Source of the DNA: Haliotis cracherodii
Lineage: Eukaryota
Assembly (NCBI RefSeq): GCF_022045235.1
Contig: NW_027266341.1
Span: 4,898,001 to 4,962,000 of the forward strand
DNA: 64,000 nucleotides
Reading direction: 5' to 3'
The notes under the pieces: model-generated
Databases searched by the model: none
Told to the model about the DNA's origin: nothing
The model's input: only the letters and a program-made list of their open reading frames with translations
In this document: positions 13,301-26,662 of the stretch, piece after piece
How the letters are laid out: each line of letters opens with the position of its first letter
Position numbering within the stretch: the stretch's first letter is position 1
Translations under genes and position numbers: made by a program

Positions 13301-14572
13301 TATTTAGGTGTGCGGTAAGATACATTCGTTGTCCGCCGGTCCCTCGGGTGACAACTTATAATGTCCACAGATGTCAGTGAAACCCTCTTTTCTTTAATTC
13401 TTCCATCCTGAAATCCCGCTTCTCGGATAATTACTGACAGGCACGTCAGTCAACATGACGTTGTATACAAAATAATATTGTTACATACGCCGAAATTGCT
13501 TACCCTTGTCATTTCACTGTGACAATATTATTTCAATTGGCTTAGCAAATTGGCTAAATTGGCTTAGCATTAAAAACCGTGCCCTGGGTTTCAGTGAACA
13601 TAGTTCTTCCATTGCGGGATATTCTGAAGTAAATATATTTTAGCCAATACCTGCGCATATTTCTACGACTGATAGAACGTCAAATAAACGTCATATTGAG
13701 TTACGTGAAAGCAATACGTGACAAGTCCGCCACTGATTCGTCATAAAACGTCAGAGTTGCCACGGTGGACATTTTCTTCGTTATCGATTGGTATGTACTT
13801 ACAAGTATGCGTTTTCATCCATAATTTTACACTAATTGACTACACCGATCACTAATATCTGGAACTGAACGATTATTAAGAACAACTATCACCTGCTCAC
13901 CATCTGCATAAATGAGCAAATATTCTTTTTTACTGGAATGAGTTCTATGAATATTTAATAAACTAATAACTAACTTGATACTTCAAACTGCGTTCGAGAC
14001 AAAATAGTGTTAAATTTGTACCTTCTGTCCAAGGGAATATGTGTACGTTTTCCCCTTGGGTAGAAGCTCAGGGTGGAATGGCTTGTTCTGCAAGACTACT
14101 AATAAACAACCCCTTGCACGTGATGTATCAAGAAATCTCGCAACTGTTTCACGCCAAGAATAGGCTTTTACCACGTATTTCCTCATTGAAGTACACGGGT
14201 CCCTGTTTGCTCCCGCTCTTACAAACCTCAAGGAGATACTAGGAGATACTAGAAGATACTACATTGTACGATTTGGCTCAGAAAAGGTTATGGAAGCTTA
14301 ATGCAAAGATGACGGTTGTTTTTATTACTTAGTTTTCGCTTTTTCGTTTAAGATGTCAGGTGATTCGTTTTTTATTCCCAAATGAGGCACGCATACCAGT
14401 GTTGCGGACAAAAGCCTATCGTTGATAGTACGTAACAATTGTTGCCGTTACTGGTTGGCACGGCAGATGTTTCAGCTCAGGAATGGCTGTCTTGTAAAAC
14501 TGGCCATGCTTTTACTCATTCCTCTGCCGCACCCTGGCAGCTTTGTTTCTGGCTTTGCGGTGTGAGTATCAG

Positions 14573-14833
14573 AGTGAGTGAGTGAGTTGGGTTTAACGCC
14601 ACTTTTAACATTATTCCAGTTATATCACAACGTGTCAGCTTAATGTGGGAGGAAAGCCCGAAGTGATGCAAATCTCAGACGTTTACCACTTCGATGAAAC
14701 CCATGAGCACGGGTATGGTGCTGACAAACCTATAAAACATACCGGGGCGAACCGGGAGTCGAACCACAATCATAAGTTTCTGGCATGCACAGCGAATCGC
14801 GGGGCCTTAAACAACTGGGCCACCCGTGCCCCC
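14573..14833 (-). mobile_element. SINE family C copy
   Basis: Reverse complement of 13010-13300; TSD gtgagtatcaga. Confidence 0.85.
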
Positions 14834-15956
14834 GTGAGTATCAGAACATTCCAAGACCTGTAGTCTGAAATCTCATTCATCCTATGGGAAGACAATCATT
14901 AAGGCTAATGGTGGTTATAACCGCTACTGACATTCGTTGACCTTTCATCATGTGTCATTTGTTGTTCAGCGCCTCATCCTTTTGTGATCTTAAATTACAT
15001 GTGTACCAGTGCCTTGCTTGCACTAATAAATACATGAAAACAATCATTTATGGGTTTCTTCTTTTTGGAGTAGTATATTTTGGGATTAAAACACATTGTT
15101 TATATGTTAAGGTTTGGATTATTTCGACAACCGATTCCATGTGTCTGACGAAAACATCGTAAGCCCAATAATAAAAAATGCCTAATGAAAAGTCATTTGC
15201 TGAAGCTGCAGCTGACATCCCAATCAGATGCCTTTTTAGTGAGGGGAATACGGTCATGCCTTGTTGGCATAGATTTTGGAACTCATCTCTCATTGACAGA
15301 ATTAATGTTGAATAAAATATTAATAATAATTTCCTTTAATTTTTAAAAATAAAAGTTTTGAACATTAGTCAAACAGCGCGTGTAATGAAATCAATGAAGA
15401 ATTCATTGTATGTTCACTGTCACGGGCCTTCCTGAATTATTCAGTGAGTTATCTTGGGAGTGTTTTTTAAATAGTTGTTTTACCGATAAACCGACCGTAA
15501 AAATCAAGAATTTACACAGAATAAACATAAGTGTCATATTTTTTATTACCACCGAGTCTGCAAAGTCCATTTTGCTATGAAAAGCTATAATAAGCTATTA
15601 ACTCTACACGGCCAACAAAACGTGCACACTGACTCTTTGCGATAGGCGGTGGACCTGTTGCCGAGACTAGTTTTATTGATACTCTCGGCAGTGTGTACAT
15701 ATTTTCGAATCCTTGTATCCAGCAGTGTATGAAATACCTTGTATTCAGTAGTGTATTAAATACTTTGTATTCAGTTGTGTTTAAAATACCTTGTATCCTG
15801 CAGTGTATAAATTACCTTGTATTTAGTAGTGTATAAAATACCTTGTATTCAGTAGTGTATAAAATACCTTGTATTCAGTAGTGTATAAAATACCTTGTAT
15901 CCAGCAGTGTATAAAATACCTTGTATTTAGTAGTGTATCAAATACCTTGTACACAG

Positions 15957-16476
15957 AACCGCCTCCGTGGTCTTGTGGTAGAGGGCGGTCGGGTAGCCTA
16001 GTGGTTAAAGCGTTCGCTCGTCACACCGAAGACCTGGGTTCGATTCCCGACATGGGTACAATGTGTGAAGCCCATTTCTGGTGTCCCCCGCCGTGATATT
16101 GCTGGAATATTGCTAAAAGCGGCGTAAAACCATACTCACTCACTCACTCACTCTTGTGGTAGAGCGGAAGGTTCGGGGTACGATCCCCGGCCGCGTCATA
16201 CCAAAAGACGTTAAAAGGTGGTACTTGTTGTTACCCTGTCTGGCGCTCGGCATTCAGGGGCTAAAACAAGGACTGGTCAGCTCGGAGTCAGTATACTGTG
16301 TTTAAGTGGGATATTCATGTTAAACTGCGGCATGGTATCTCAGTGAGCTAGCACTATAAATCGGCATCAGTCCGGACTAGTACAAACAGCCACACAAACA
16401 CACACACGTACATGCACGTGGCTATATAAGTGCAATAATCTCGGACTCGACGTTAAACCCAATTTCACCCCAACTC
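15957..16476 (+). mobile_element. tRNA-derived SINE with Meta-like central domain, interrupted by a family B SINE
   Basis: GTCATACCAAAAGACGTTAAAAGGTGGTAC...CTGGCGCTCGGCATT core; TSD accttgtacacag at 15944-15956 and 16477-16489. Confidence 0.8.
15984..16151 (+). mobile_element. SINE family B (tRNA-Asp-like head, ~170 bp, TCAC tail)
   Basis: A box TAGCCTAGTGG, B box GGTTCGATTCC; 13-bp TSD tcttgtggtagag. Confidence 0.9.
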
Positions 16477-18789
16477 ACCTTGTACACAGCAGTGTATAAA
16501 ATACCTTGTACACAGCAGCATATAAAATACCTTGTATTCAGTAGTGTATAAAATACCTTGTACACAGCAGCATATAAAATACCTTGTATTCAGTAGTGTA
16601 TAAAATACCTTGTACACAGCAGCATATAAAATAACTTGTATTCATCAGTGTATAAAATACCCTTGCACAAACGAAATTGTCAGTTCTCAATACCAGCTCT
16701 TTCAATAATGTATGTTGGCCTTTTACCCCACTCATATTTGTCATTTGCCCTCAGTACAGCTGCCCCCCTTGACCTTTTGCGATTTGTACACTAAAACGTA
16801 TAGCAAGGAACATTAAATATGCATGCGGGAAACGAATATCAATAATCCTTTTTTTAATGTATCAATTTTAACCGGAATCCACAAATCGTCGTAGATAACT
16901 ACACAATTCACTTCAATATTCAGCTGTTCTCTGTCAACGGGACAATTATCTTTCCAACGAGTATAGCATCTACTCGCCGTTCCATAATGTAACGAACAGG
17001 CTGTCGCTACAGCGTTTTACACCAGCATTTAAGGACAGAGATATTACCACAGCCAATTCAAGTGATTATTTGATGAACTGACGGGGAAGGGAAGTAACTC
17101 GTCCCGATAACTAGGATAGCTGCAGTTGTCCCAGTGTTCCGCTCGTCACAAACAAGATTCAAACATGACTGACATTGCTGAAATGTTGCTGAAGGCGGCG
17201 CAAACCCACAGACACTCGCCAATATAGCTGGGTCGACAGTTACCCCCACGGGTCGAAAGTAGGTAAAAAAATTTTGTTGAGCCACTCACTCACTAATATG
17301 ATTCCAGTTTGTGATTAGTAGATAAACTATTAAATGAATTTGTCCTGAGATTTTAAGAGTTTCTCATGAACTGACATTACACTTGTTGGTCGAGTGGTCT
17401 CATTGTGTCTTTAGTTCCAACCTTATAGACCGCCTCTTGGGGACAGAGTGTCTGTCTGGAGAGCGGAGGGTAGGCGGTTCGGTCCCCTGGCTGCGTCACT
17501 CACTCACTCACTCACTCACTTTCGCAAGCACATGGACACAAACGTCGCTGTCTAAGTGCAATAACCCTGAACGCAACGAATTTTCACCTCACCCAACCTC
17601 CAAAGTGAAGCTATGTTTCACAATTCAAAGAACTTTCACACACACGTGTGCACTTATTTCAAGTTTACATCAACCTCCTACTGTGTGAGTGGAGGGTTTA
17701 TACGCCATAAGCATAGGTTTGAAACAAACATTTAATTAATCTTACAAAAAGTAACAAATCCATTTGAAATTTAAGTGCTACAGAGTGCTACGGAGAATTG
17801 CCCGTGTGGAGAACGTCCACATGGGAGAATAGCCCCATGGCGTCAGTGAACAATACTAAGTCCATCTTGATAGCAGCTGAATGTCGGATTCTGGTGGGTA
17901 AAAAGACTGATGAATACACGGGGGGAACAAATACTCCATAATTCGTTTACTAGACATGCATATACCGAGGATATGAACATAATAAAGATTAGATGGAGAT
18001 TACAAAATAGCATTGCACCAATTTACATCCAGTGCCAGTAGATAGTCATATTGTTTAATTAGAATAATATTGACATATAACTTTACAGAGAACCCAATTA
18101 CATGACAAAGGAATTATTGATAAAGATAAATAATTTGCCTTGGGGAGTCACTCAATCGCTTTAACCAACAATGTAGATTTTAGACCTCCGCCGCCCTCAC
18201 CCCACTTACCCACACCTAACTCCACACAGAAACATCCCTCCCCCTCCCCACACCCTATCCCCAGCCCGCACCCAACCCCACCCCTCTCTCCGCACACCCA
18301 AGCACCACATACATCCCATTCTCTGGGGACTACAACTATATTACACGCAAATGTCAAGATTTAAAGCTACTTGCTAAGTTCATGATGGTTATTAATACAG
18401 AATGAAGTAAGCAGTCATATATACAGAATACAATCTGAAGTCGAATTATCTGATTGCGTATATCCATAGTTATATATAGATGTATAATCCCTGTTATGTC
18501 TTGATTCATTGATTCACTGTTCATATTTTTATATATCATAAATAATATTGTTGCTTGTGTACCACTGAAGGTGGTAAAAAGGGAAATAAAAAGTCTGAAA
18601 GAATCATGCATTACAGCATCGGTATTAGTAGTGCTTATACATGCTATAGTTGCCAGGAACACGAAGAAAATATAGCTCGATGGAAATATCCTACAACTTT
18701 TAGAGTTTGGTATGTAAATTGGAAGCGACAAAGTAAAATAGTATAAGCAGGCTGTGACAAAAAGTAATTGCAGCGTACAGACGACTAAC

Positions 18790-18923
18790 CTCCTGCCTTC
18801 AGTTGAATGACAGCCACGCCAAGTGGGAAATAACCGCGGATACCCTACACTGTTTTCAAAAGCTTCGAAGGCAGCCATGGAACCGCCTGGGAGCATTCTA
18901 ACACCAGGAAGTCTCAATATCTG
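18790..18923 (-). other. Candidate exon with tandem CAGCAG acceptor; reads ADIETSWC* in the frame of the upstream candidate exons
   Basis: atatttcagCAG acceptor and GAG|GTTAGT donor; more GC-rich than the flanks. Confidence 0.3.
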
Positions 18924-19402
18924 CTGAAATATAAATATTACTTTTCGCGTTATTGCTCAAACGTTTAGTTTTTTTAAAGAACGTATTACCGGCATGTCAG
19001 ATGCTGCTAAACACAGTTAAATGAAGTCACGCATACATCGATCTATGATTGTGACACCACTACTGCAGACGTTACTGTAGGCAATCAATGCTCATGGGAG
19101 AACTACGTCCCCATCAACGAGGAAGTAATGCTTGAAGCTAATGTGTCGGATTACATAAATATATTAAAAACTGAAAAATAACTATTGTTATGAGAGCATG
19201 GACTGCATGACATTTCTGGTCGATCTGTCTTCTAACGTGCAACAGTGTGCACAACATACCGCTTGTAAAACACACTAGCTACATTGTAGCATGCTCAGTC
19301 TGGTCAAAATGCTCTACAATTCTATTAGTGGGAAAGTAATTTTCCAGACAGTTTACTACAACTTCTTTGTTGCCGTTTTTAAATGATTGTGAAATTGAGG
19401 AT

Positions 19403-22400
19403 AAGTGAGCGTGTGAGTTAAAATTTAAAGTCACTTCGGCAATATTTCAGACTTTCGAAGGTTATATATAATAAATGCATTTCAGCTATAAAAGCCTGTC
19501 AACAACGAACAGTAAAATACTAGGCTTATCACAGAAGGATATTAAAACTGACATGGAACCATAAACATGCATTACTATACATGACATTACATTATAAAAC
19601 GGGTTATAGATCGCCAGCAAGTAAAGGTAGAACACCATGATAGGGACCATGCTACCTGCTACCTGCTACCTACCCTAGCAAGATTTACATCACCCCTTCA
19701 GGTGATGACAATTATTGGCAAATCTAGCCTAACATTAAAACAACACATATTCTACTACTTCCACCCCCTTCGAGGGTACAGCTACTAAAAATCTCAGTTA
19801 TAACATTTATTCTGCCAATAACAAACAATCCTGTATGTTATACACAACATATAATTCAAAATTTATGAAACAATACAATTTCATTTAACAAACCAGTAAC
19901 TAAATGAGAACATATATTAAAAAGTACCTTGAAAAAATTATCCCTCGTGACAGAAAAATCAATACAGTCAAGGAGGACATGCTTGACTAAGATTCTTTCA
20001 TCACAAGGGATACAGAAAGGAGGATACTTACCTTTCAACAAATACCCGTGTGTATATATGGACTGGAAACCAAAGTAGGTGTAAGCCATATTTGGTTTAA
20101 TTTCACGTAATGTATTTATACCTACTTGGGTGTCCCAGTCCTTCTGCAATAGATCTCTGATATAACATCTGATGACAGGTTTGATATTGCTGTAAAGGAA
20201 AAGAAGTGGTGTCAGTGTTCTGGAGTTCAGCCTAAGCTGCAGCATCAGCTATACCTGTGGTCCCAACAAGGCTGGGTAACCAACATAAGACGATGTCGTA
20301 ATGGCCAGTAGCAAGTTCATTACATGATTGATCAATTTCGATTTAAAGTGGATGTTGACATGACATGAATACACAATGCCATGACATGTTATGAATAGCC
20401 TGTAGGTACAAAATCGGAAAATATTATAAATTGATCATATTTTGACTGTTTAATGATATATTTGAGTGCTGTTAAAATGGCACTGGCTTCTGCTGTCAAT
20501 ATTGAGCAGTTATGGGATAATCTGGACGAGATAGTCCTGGATCCAATGACAGCACCAGCATCCTTGGATACATCTGAAAATATAGATTTGTAAGTATCAC
20601 ATGTCGGTTTCAGAATAAATTATATTGTTGTTGATACATTAGTTGATTTGTTACAGATTTCTTTAGTTTAGTTAATGTTAGGCCCACCTCTGGTTTTACA
20701 AACTGCATGGTGGAGACGACAAAAGCTGAGTTTGGGCCTATGTTTTCAAGCTTTAAGTGAGCAGCAAAAATATCAGATTGTATTCTGTTTCAAAGTTGCG
20801 GAATAAGAGATGATTTGTTCCTTTAAAGAGGATTAAAATCATAGTCATACGCTGGATTGGATTTAGTAGAACGTAATTTAGAAACATACTGCATAAAGAT
20901 TATTTTAGAGCGGATAGGTGCTCTGTATAGTTGGGGGAGGGTTTTTCTGATCCCCATCCTACTTTGCATTTGAACTTTCATTAGGTCCTTAGCCTTCAGA
21001 CATTTATTCTTTGAGTATTTAATGTGAGGAGGAAAGGTCATTGATGATCGAAAATTATACCTAAGAATTAGGTTTCCTTTACTTTAATAGGATTGTTATC
21101 TTAAAACAATTCTGGTTCTTTGTGGGGTTTATCGTTTCTGACTTAGAAAATTTAAAACCATTTTCTGAAGATCAGTTTTGGATTTTATTTAAACAGAGCT
21201 GAAGTTGCCGTTGAATAGTATGCATGTTTTGCCACAACAGGACATATTAAAAACATCCATAAATTGAATTATGTAAAACTTTTGATAAACTATTGACTTA
21301 ATGTTGGATATAAGTTGAGGCAAACCGCCGCGCACCCGAAAGTTGTGTAAATCTTTTAAATCACCGTGTTTCCAGAGGATGGCGTCGGAAATATTGTTCA
21401 GCCTTAGTCCTTAGTCCTTCGCTTCTCTGCAATCATTGTTGAACCATGGTTTACGTGTGTGAGGATTTGAGGAGGACATCGGAATACATTCATCAGCTAT
21501 TTTATTATCAGCTGGAACATTAAAAACATTCGATTTTAGTTTGTAGGACAAAGGACTTCATATAAAGCCAAGTTGGCCTTAGTAAAATTCCATCCTGATG
21601 ACGGAGGAACATCAGATGGTGTCACAGATTGTTGTTGGTCTGAAAATGGTTAATTTCACAGAATGATATCATCGTGGACTGACCATTCAAATTCATTAAG
21701 TAATAAAAAGGTCCAGACAAGAGTAAGTACCAGTCGCAGGGTGTAGATACGTGAGAGAACCATCATTATAAATGCATAAATCGTTTTTTAAGAAAGGATT
21801 CTCCAGTAATTTCCCTTTTGTATTGGTGTCACTACTACCCCAGAGTGGGTTATATGGTCATAATCTCTTATAACACAGGGCTTAGGGAGTTTATAATACA
21901 GTGCCTGAAGATCAGACTGACGAAAAGAGAACGGTGGTGCATACAAAGAACACAAAGTAGAAACACATACTGCAATAACTTGAAGAGGGGTATTGAGAGG
22001 AACAGGTCTGTGAATGACGCCCTGCCTCATTTTAACAGAGGATCCTCAAGTTGCTTTATCACCTGAGGGGGAAAGCAATGGTAGGAATCCTAGTGTCATA
22101 GATCAAAATTATCTGTTGTTTTAAGGAAAGTTTCTTGTAAACAAAATGCTGATGGTCTTAAATACTGAATTAATACCTGAAGGTCATTAAAATTTCTCCG
22201 AAGTCCTCTACAATTCCACTTTATTAAATTGGGAGAGCAACTCATGGAGGCTCAATTGGAGATCGTGATCGTATGCTGTAATGGCAGCGATGGTGTGACC
22301 TCCACATCTAGAGGTTCAAATGGGTTGTGAACCTCCAGAAGGACTGCACATGTTTGAGACACATCAACATGTTTAAGGGCCTTAGATTATTTTCTCCTTT

Positions 22401-23420
22401 GTTGCCTTTTTCCTCTTTTAGTAAGGGGTACAGTTCTTTTCATTTCGTTTACAGGTTCAAAGTGAGTTTCGGATTAAACCGGTAGGGGTGTTAGGGTGTT
22501 GAAGCAGATTTGGATGAAGTTCTGGTGTCTTCAGCATCAGTTTGAAACAATTTGTTTGTTCATTTGACACCCAGCTAATAGTTGTTTGGCATCCGTTTTC
22601 ATTATTGACAGAGGAGGAGACTGCAGCAAAGTAGGTCAGTGAAGGATCAGTTTTGTAACATCAGAGAATGATATATTATTGGTATATTTTTTGTCTGAGT
22701 CACAAAAGAGGAGCATGGATTAGAAGAGGACATGTGGTCACTGCTGCAGTTAGCACGTTTGATGTTATCTGTGCAGTCAGTGCCATCATGTTGCTTACTG
22801 CAGCGGGAGCAAACTGTTGAGTTGTGACAGGATTTTGTTCCATGTCCGAACTGCTGACATTTAAAACATCGGAGTGGATTTGGTATATACACATCCACAC
22901 CGATGTTGAAATACCCGGCTTTCATTGATGAAGGGTTTTTAAGAGGGCAAAAGTAAATGGTATGTATTGGTTTTAAAAAAAACTTTTCACTATCTTTTCT
23001 ACTGAAACGTTTGACAGATGTAACACCCTGAGGCTTCATTTTTGCTACAATCGCCTCTTCAAACATGTCTGAGGGGCAATTTGCACGATCACGTACAATG
23101 CCTCTGCCTCTTATTTTCTGAGACAACAATCTCAGTATTTGCAAAATTATGTGTTTGTAGAAGATTGAGAGATTGTCTCTTGAAACATACCATAATCAGG
23201 GAAACGAACCGGAGACGAGCAACATTTTGTACAGTACCACATATTCCTTGAATAGATTTTGAAAACGAAAAAAGTGGCTCTCCGTCGACATCCAAAAATA
23301 GTGGCCAAGATTGAATGCATTCATCATCAGAGGACACAACAGTATCTGTATCAATGTGCCTTCTTTTTGTTTTTGTGAACTGTGAGGTTGCCATTATGAA
23401 AAGAAAAATATTCAAGATCC
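19403..23420 (-). mobile_element. Decayed near-full-length I/Nimb-clade LINE: ORF1 zinc knuckles, APE, partly deleted RT, RNase H region, C-terminal zinc finger, 3' UTR with TCAC-type tail
   Basis: ORF1 YIPNPLRCFKCQQFGH...CSRC...H...C (22647-23144); APE start KWNCRGLR...FCLQET at ~22130-22230; KPWFNNDC; PPFCIPCDE..VKHVLLDC (19856-20245); many stops and frameshifts. Confidence 0.88.
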
Positions 23421-23679
23421 CTCTCTTTATGGCGAGAAATGTTGCGGCAGCTCCACCTTTGATGTATCCATATCACAATTTTTTAGGTTCAATTGAGCAC
23501 GCTCTTTCTACGAAGAACGCCATACAATTCTTGAGACGCATTGAGGATGTCAACATTTACGCATCAGTGACAAAAATGATTTCCGAAGCAATGCCTTATT
23601 TTGACTTGTACCAAGTGTTTCCTGATAGCCTTTTCGCTAACACTTGGTATCATCACTGTTTGATAATGATTCATAAATA

Positions 23680-23892
23680 CATTGTTTGTAACCGTTTTGT
23701 GTGGTTGTTGGTTGCTGTTAAGGATTAGGGTTGTTGGTTGCTGTAAATTAGTGATATTGTGTGACTGTTTGTGTGTTTGTTGGTTGGCGTGAGTGATTGT
23801 TTGTAACTGTTTTTGTGTGGTTATTGGTTGGCGTGAGTGATTGTTTGTAACTGTTTTGTGTGGTTGTTGGTTGGCGTTGGTGATTGTTTGCA
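23680..23892. repeat. Short ~44-bp GT-rich tandem repeat
   Basis: ttgtttgtaactgttttgtgtggttgttggttggcgtgagtga, about 4-5 degenerate copies. Confidence 0.75.
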
Positions 23893-24001
23893 ATGTATGA
23901 AGCAATGAAACCTATGTTCCCATGTTTCAAAGTAGATGCTCTGTGTTCACTGGATTTCATTCTGGTCCCATTCATCAGTAAATGTCAAAACGAGTAATTA
24001 C

Positions 24002-24067
24002 CTCCCTCATTGTCATGATGTTGATGAAAACCGTGGACATAAATGTCTACTTCCTCAGGAGTATCAG
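24002..24067 (-). CDS. Candidate exon of the same minus-strand gene (ADTPEEVDIYVHGFHQHHDNEG)
   Basis: ctgtcgctacag acceptor, GAG|GTAATT donor; 66 bp, phase 1-1, open. Confidence 0.35.
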
Positions 24068-24404
24068 CTGTAGCGACAGAATGCACACAAATATACATTT
24101 ACAAAGACTGAATCCTAGAAGCTGCTTTCGGAAGCTGACGTCGTAGGGTAAAACTAAAGGACATTAAAATCATCAGTTGTTCATGTGGAACACGGTATAA
24201 GTTGTTGGCAATATCAGTGGAATCAGCTGTCAAGGGAATATTGGCTTGCCAGGAACCTATAGTCAGTTTCAACATGGGCTCCGTCGTCTCATGTCTAATG
24301 GACAGGGGATCTGCCTCGAGAGCGGTGGTTCGATCCTAGTGACGCGCATACCATTAAACGTTATTAGATGGGATTTATAGGGAATAAATAAAGGACTGTC
24401 AATT

Positions 24405-26662
24405 CTGTTCCATCGTGGTTGCCATATGCAATAATCATCGTGCACTAAGACCTCTTTTTCTCCATCGTGGTTGCCTTATTCGACAATCATCGTGCACTAC
24501 GTCTTCTGCTCCATCGTGGTTGCCTTATTCGACAACCATTGTGCACTACGTCTTCTGCTCCATTGAAGTTGCCTTATTCGACAATCATTGTGCACTACGT
24601 CTTCTGCTCTATTGTAGTTGCCTTATTCGACAATCATCGTGCACTACGTCTTGTGCTCTATTGTAGTTGCCTTATTCGACAATCATCGTGCACTATGTCT
24701 TGTGTTCTATTGTAGTTGCCTTATACAACAATCATTTGCACTACGACGTCTTCTGCTCCATCGTGGTTGCCTTATTCGACTATCATCGTGCACTACGTCT
24801 TCTGCTCTATTGTAGTTGCCTTATACAACAATCATTTGCACTACGACGTCTTCTGCTCCATTGTAGTTGCCTTATTCGACTATCATCGTGCACTATATCG
24901 TCTGCTCTATTGTAGTTGCCTTATTCGACAATCATCGTGCACTACGTCTTGTGCTCTATTGTAGTTGCCTTATACAACAATCATTTGCACTACGACGTCT
25001 TCTGCTCCATTGTAGTTGCCTTATTCGACAATCATCGTGCACTACGTCTTGTGCTCTGTTGTAGTTGCCTTATTCGACAATCATCGTGCACTAGGTCTTC
25101 TGCTCTATTGTAGTTGCCTTATTCGACAATCATCGTGCACTATGTCTTGTGCTCTATTGTAGTTGCCTTATACGACAATCATCGTGCACTACGTCTTGTG
25201 CTCTATTGTAGTTGTTTTATTCGACTATCATCGGGCACTACGTCTTCTGCTCCATTGTAGTTGCCTTATACGACTATCATCGTGCACTAGGTCTTGTGCT
25301 CTATTGTAGTTGCCTTATACAACAATCATTTGCACTACGACGTCTTCAGCTCCATTGTAGTTGCCTTATTCGACTATCATCGTGCACCATATCGTCTGCT
25401 CTATTGTAGTTGCCTTATTCGACAATCATCGTGCACTACGTCTTGTGCTCTATTGTAGTTGCCTTATACAACAATCATTTGCACTACGACGTCTTCTGCT
25501 CCATTGTAGTTGCCTTACTCGACAATCATCGTGCACTACGTCTTGTGCTCTATTGTAGTTGCCTTATTCGACAATCATCGTGCACTATGTCTTCTGCTCT
25601 ATTGTAGTTGCCTTATTCGACAATCATCGTGCACTATGTCTTGTGCTCTATTGTAGTTGCCTTATACGACAATCATCGTGCACTACGTCTTGTGCTCTAT
25701 TGTAGTTGCTTTATTCGACTATCATCGGGCACTACGTCTTCTGCTCCATTGTAGTTGCCTTATACGACTATCATCGTGCACTAGGTCTTGTGCTCTATTG
25801 TAGTTGCCTTATACAACAATCATTTGCACTACGACGTCTTCAGCTCCATTGTAGTTGCCTTATTCGACTATCATCGTGCACCATATCGTCTGCTCTATTG
25901 TAGTTGCCTTATTCGACAATCATCGTGCACTACGTCTTGTGCTCTATTGTAGTTGCCTTATACAACAATCATTTGCACTACGACGTCTTCTGCTCCATTG
26001 TAGTTGCCTTACTCGACAATCATCGTGCACTACGTCTTGTGCTCTATTGTAGTTGCCTTATTCGACAATCATCGTGCACTATGTCTTCTGCTCTATTGTA
26101 GTTGCCTTATTCGACAATCATCGTGCACTATGTCTTGTGCTCTATTGTAGTTGCCTTATACGACAATCATTTGCACTACGACGTCTTCTGCTCCATTGTA
26201 GTTGCCTTATTCGACAATCATCGTGCACTACGTCTTGTGCTCTATTGTAGTTGCCTTATTCGACAATCATCGTGCACTATGTCTTCTGCTCTATTGTAGT
26301 TGCCTTATTCGACAATCATCGTGCACTATGTCTTGTGCTCTATTGTAGTTGCCTTATACGACAATCATCGTGCACTAGGTCTTGTGCTCTATTGTAGTTG
26401 CTTTATACAACAATCATTTGCACTACGACGTCTTCAGCTCCATTGTAGTTGCCTTATTCGACTATCATCGTGTACTACGTCTTGTGCTCTATTGTAGTTG
26501 CCTTATTCGACAATCATCGTGCACTACGTCTTGTGCTCTATTGTAGTTGCCTTATACAACAATCATTTGCACTACGACGTCTTCAGCTCCATTGTAGTTG
26601 CCTTATTCGACTATCATCGTGTACTACGTCTTGTGCTCCATTGTGACTGCCTTATACGACAA
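24405..26662. repeat. Minisatellite, 49/51-bp units with 149-bp and 494-bp higher-order repeats
   Basis: Direct periodicity; near-identical ORF translations recur 494 bp apart (25361/25855, 25410/25904). Confidence 0.95.

Larger units (their letters stand above)
15710..16665. repeat. 26-bp minisatellite (AAATACCTTGTATTCAGTAGTGTATA) split by nested SINEs
   Basis: Direct periodicity on both sides of 15957-16476. Confidence 0.9.

Noticed and set aside
15984-16055. tRNA-Asp-like gene (also 34600, 52457, 54650 and the 13010 head)
   Set aside because: No proper acceptor stem; continues into a SINE body and tail with TSDs
18354-18917. 187-aa hydrophobic ORF
   Set aside because: Non-ATG start; the distal part is AT-rich intron-like sequence past a GTTAGT donor; no recognisable family
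24405-26662. CRISPR-like appearance of regularly spaced repeats (this and the other arrays)
   Set aside because: Units are head-to-tail with no unique spacers, there are no cas genes, and the context is eukaryotic
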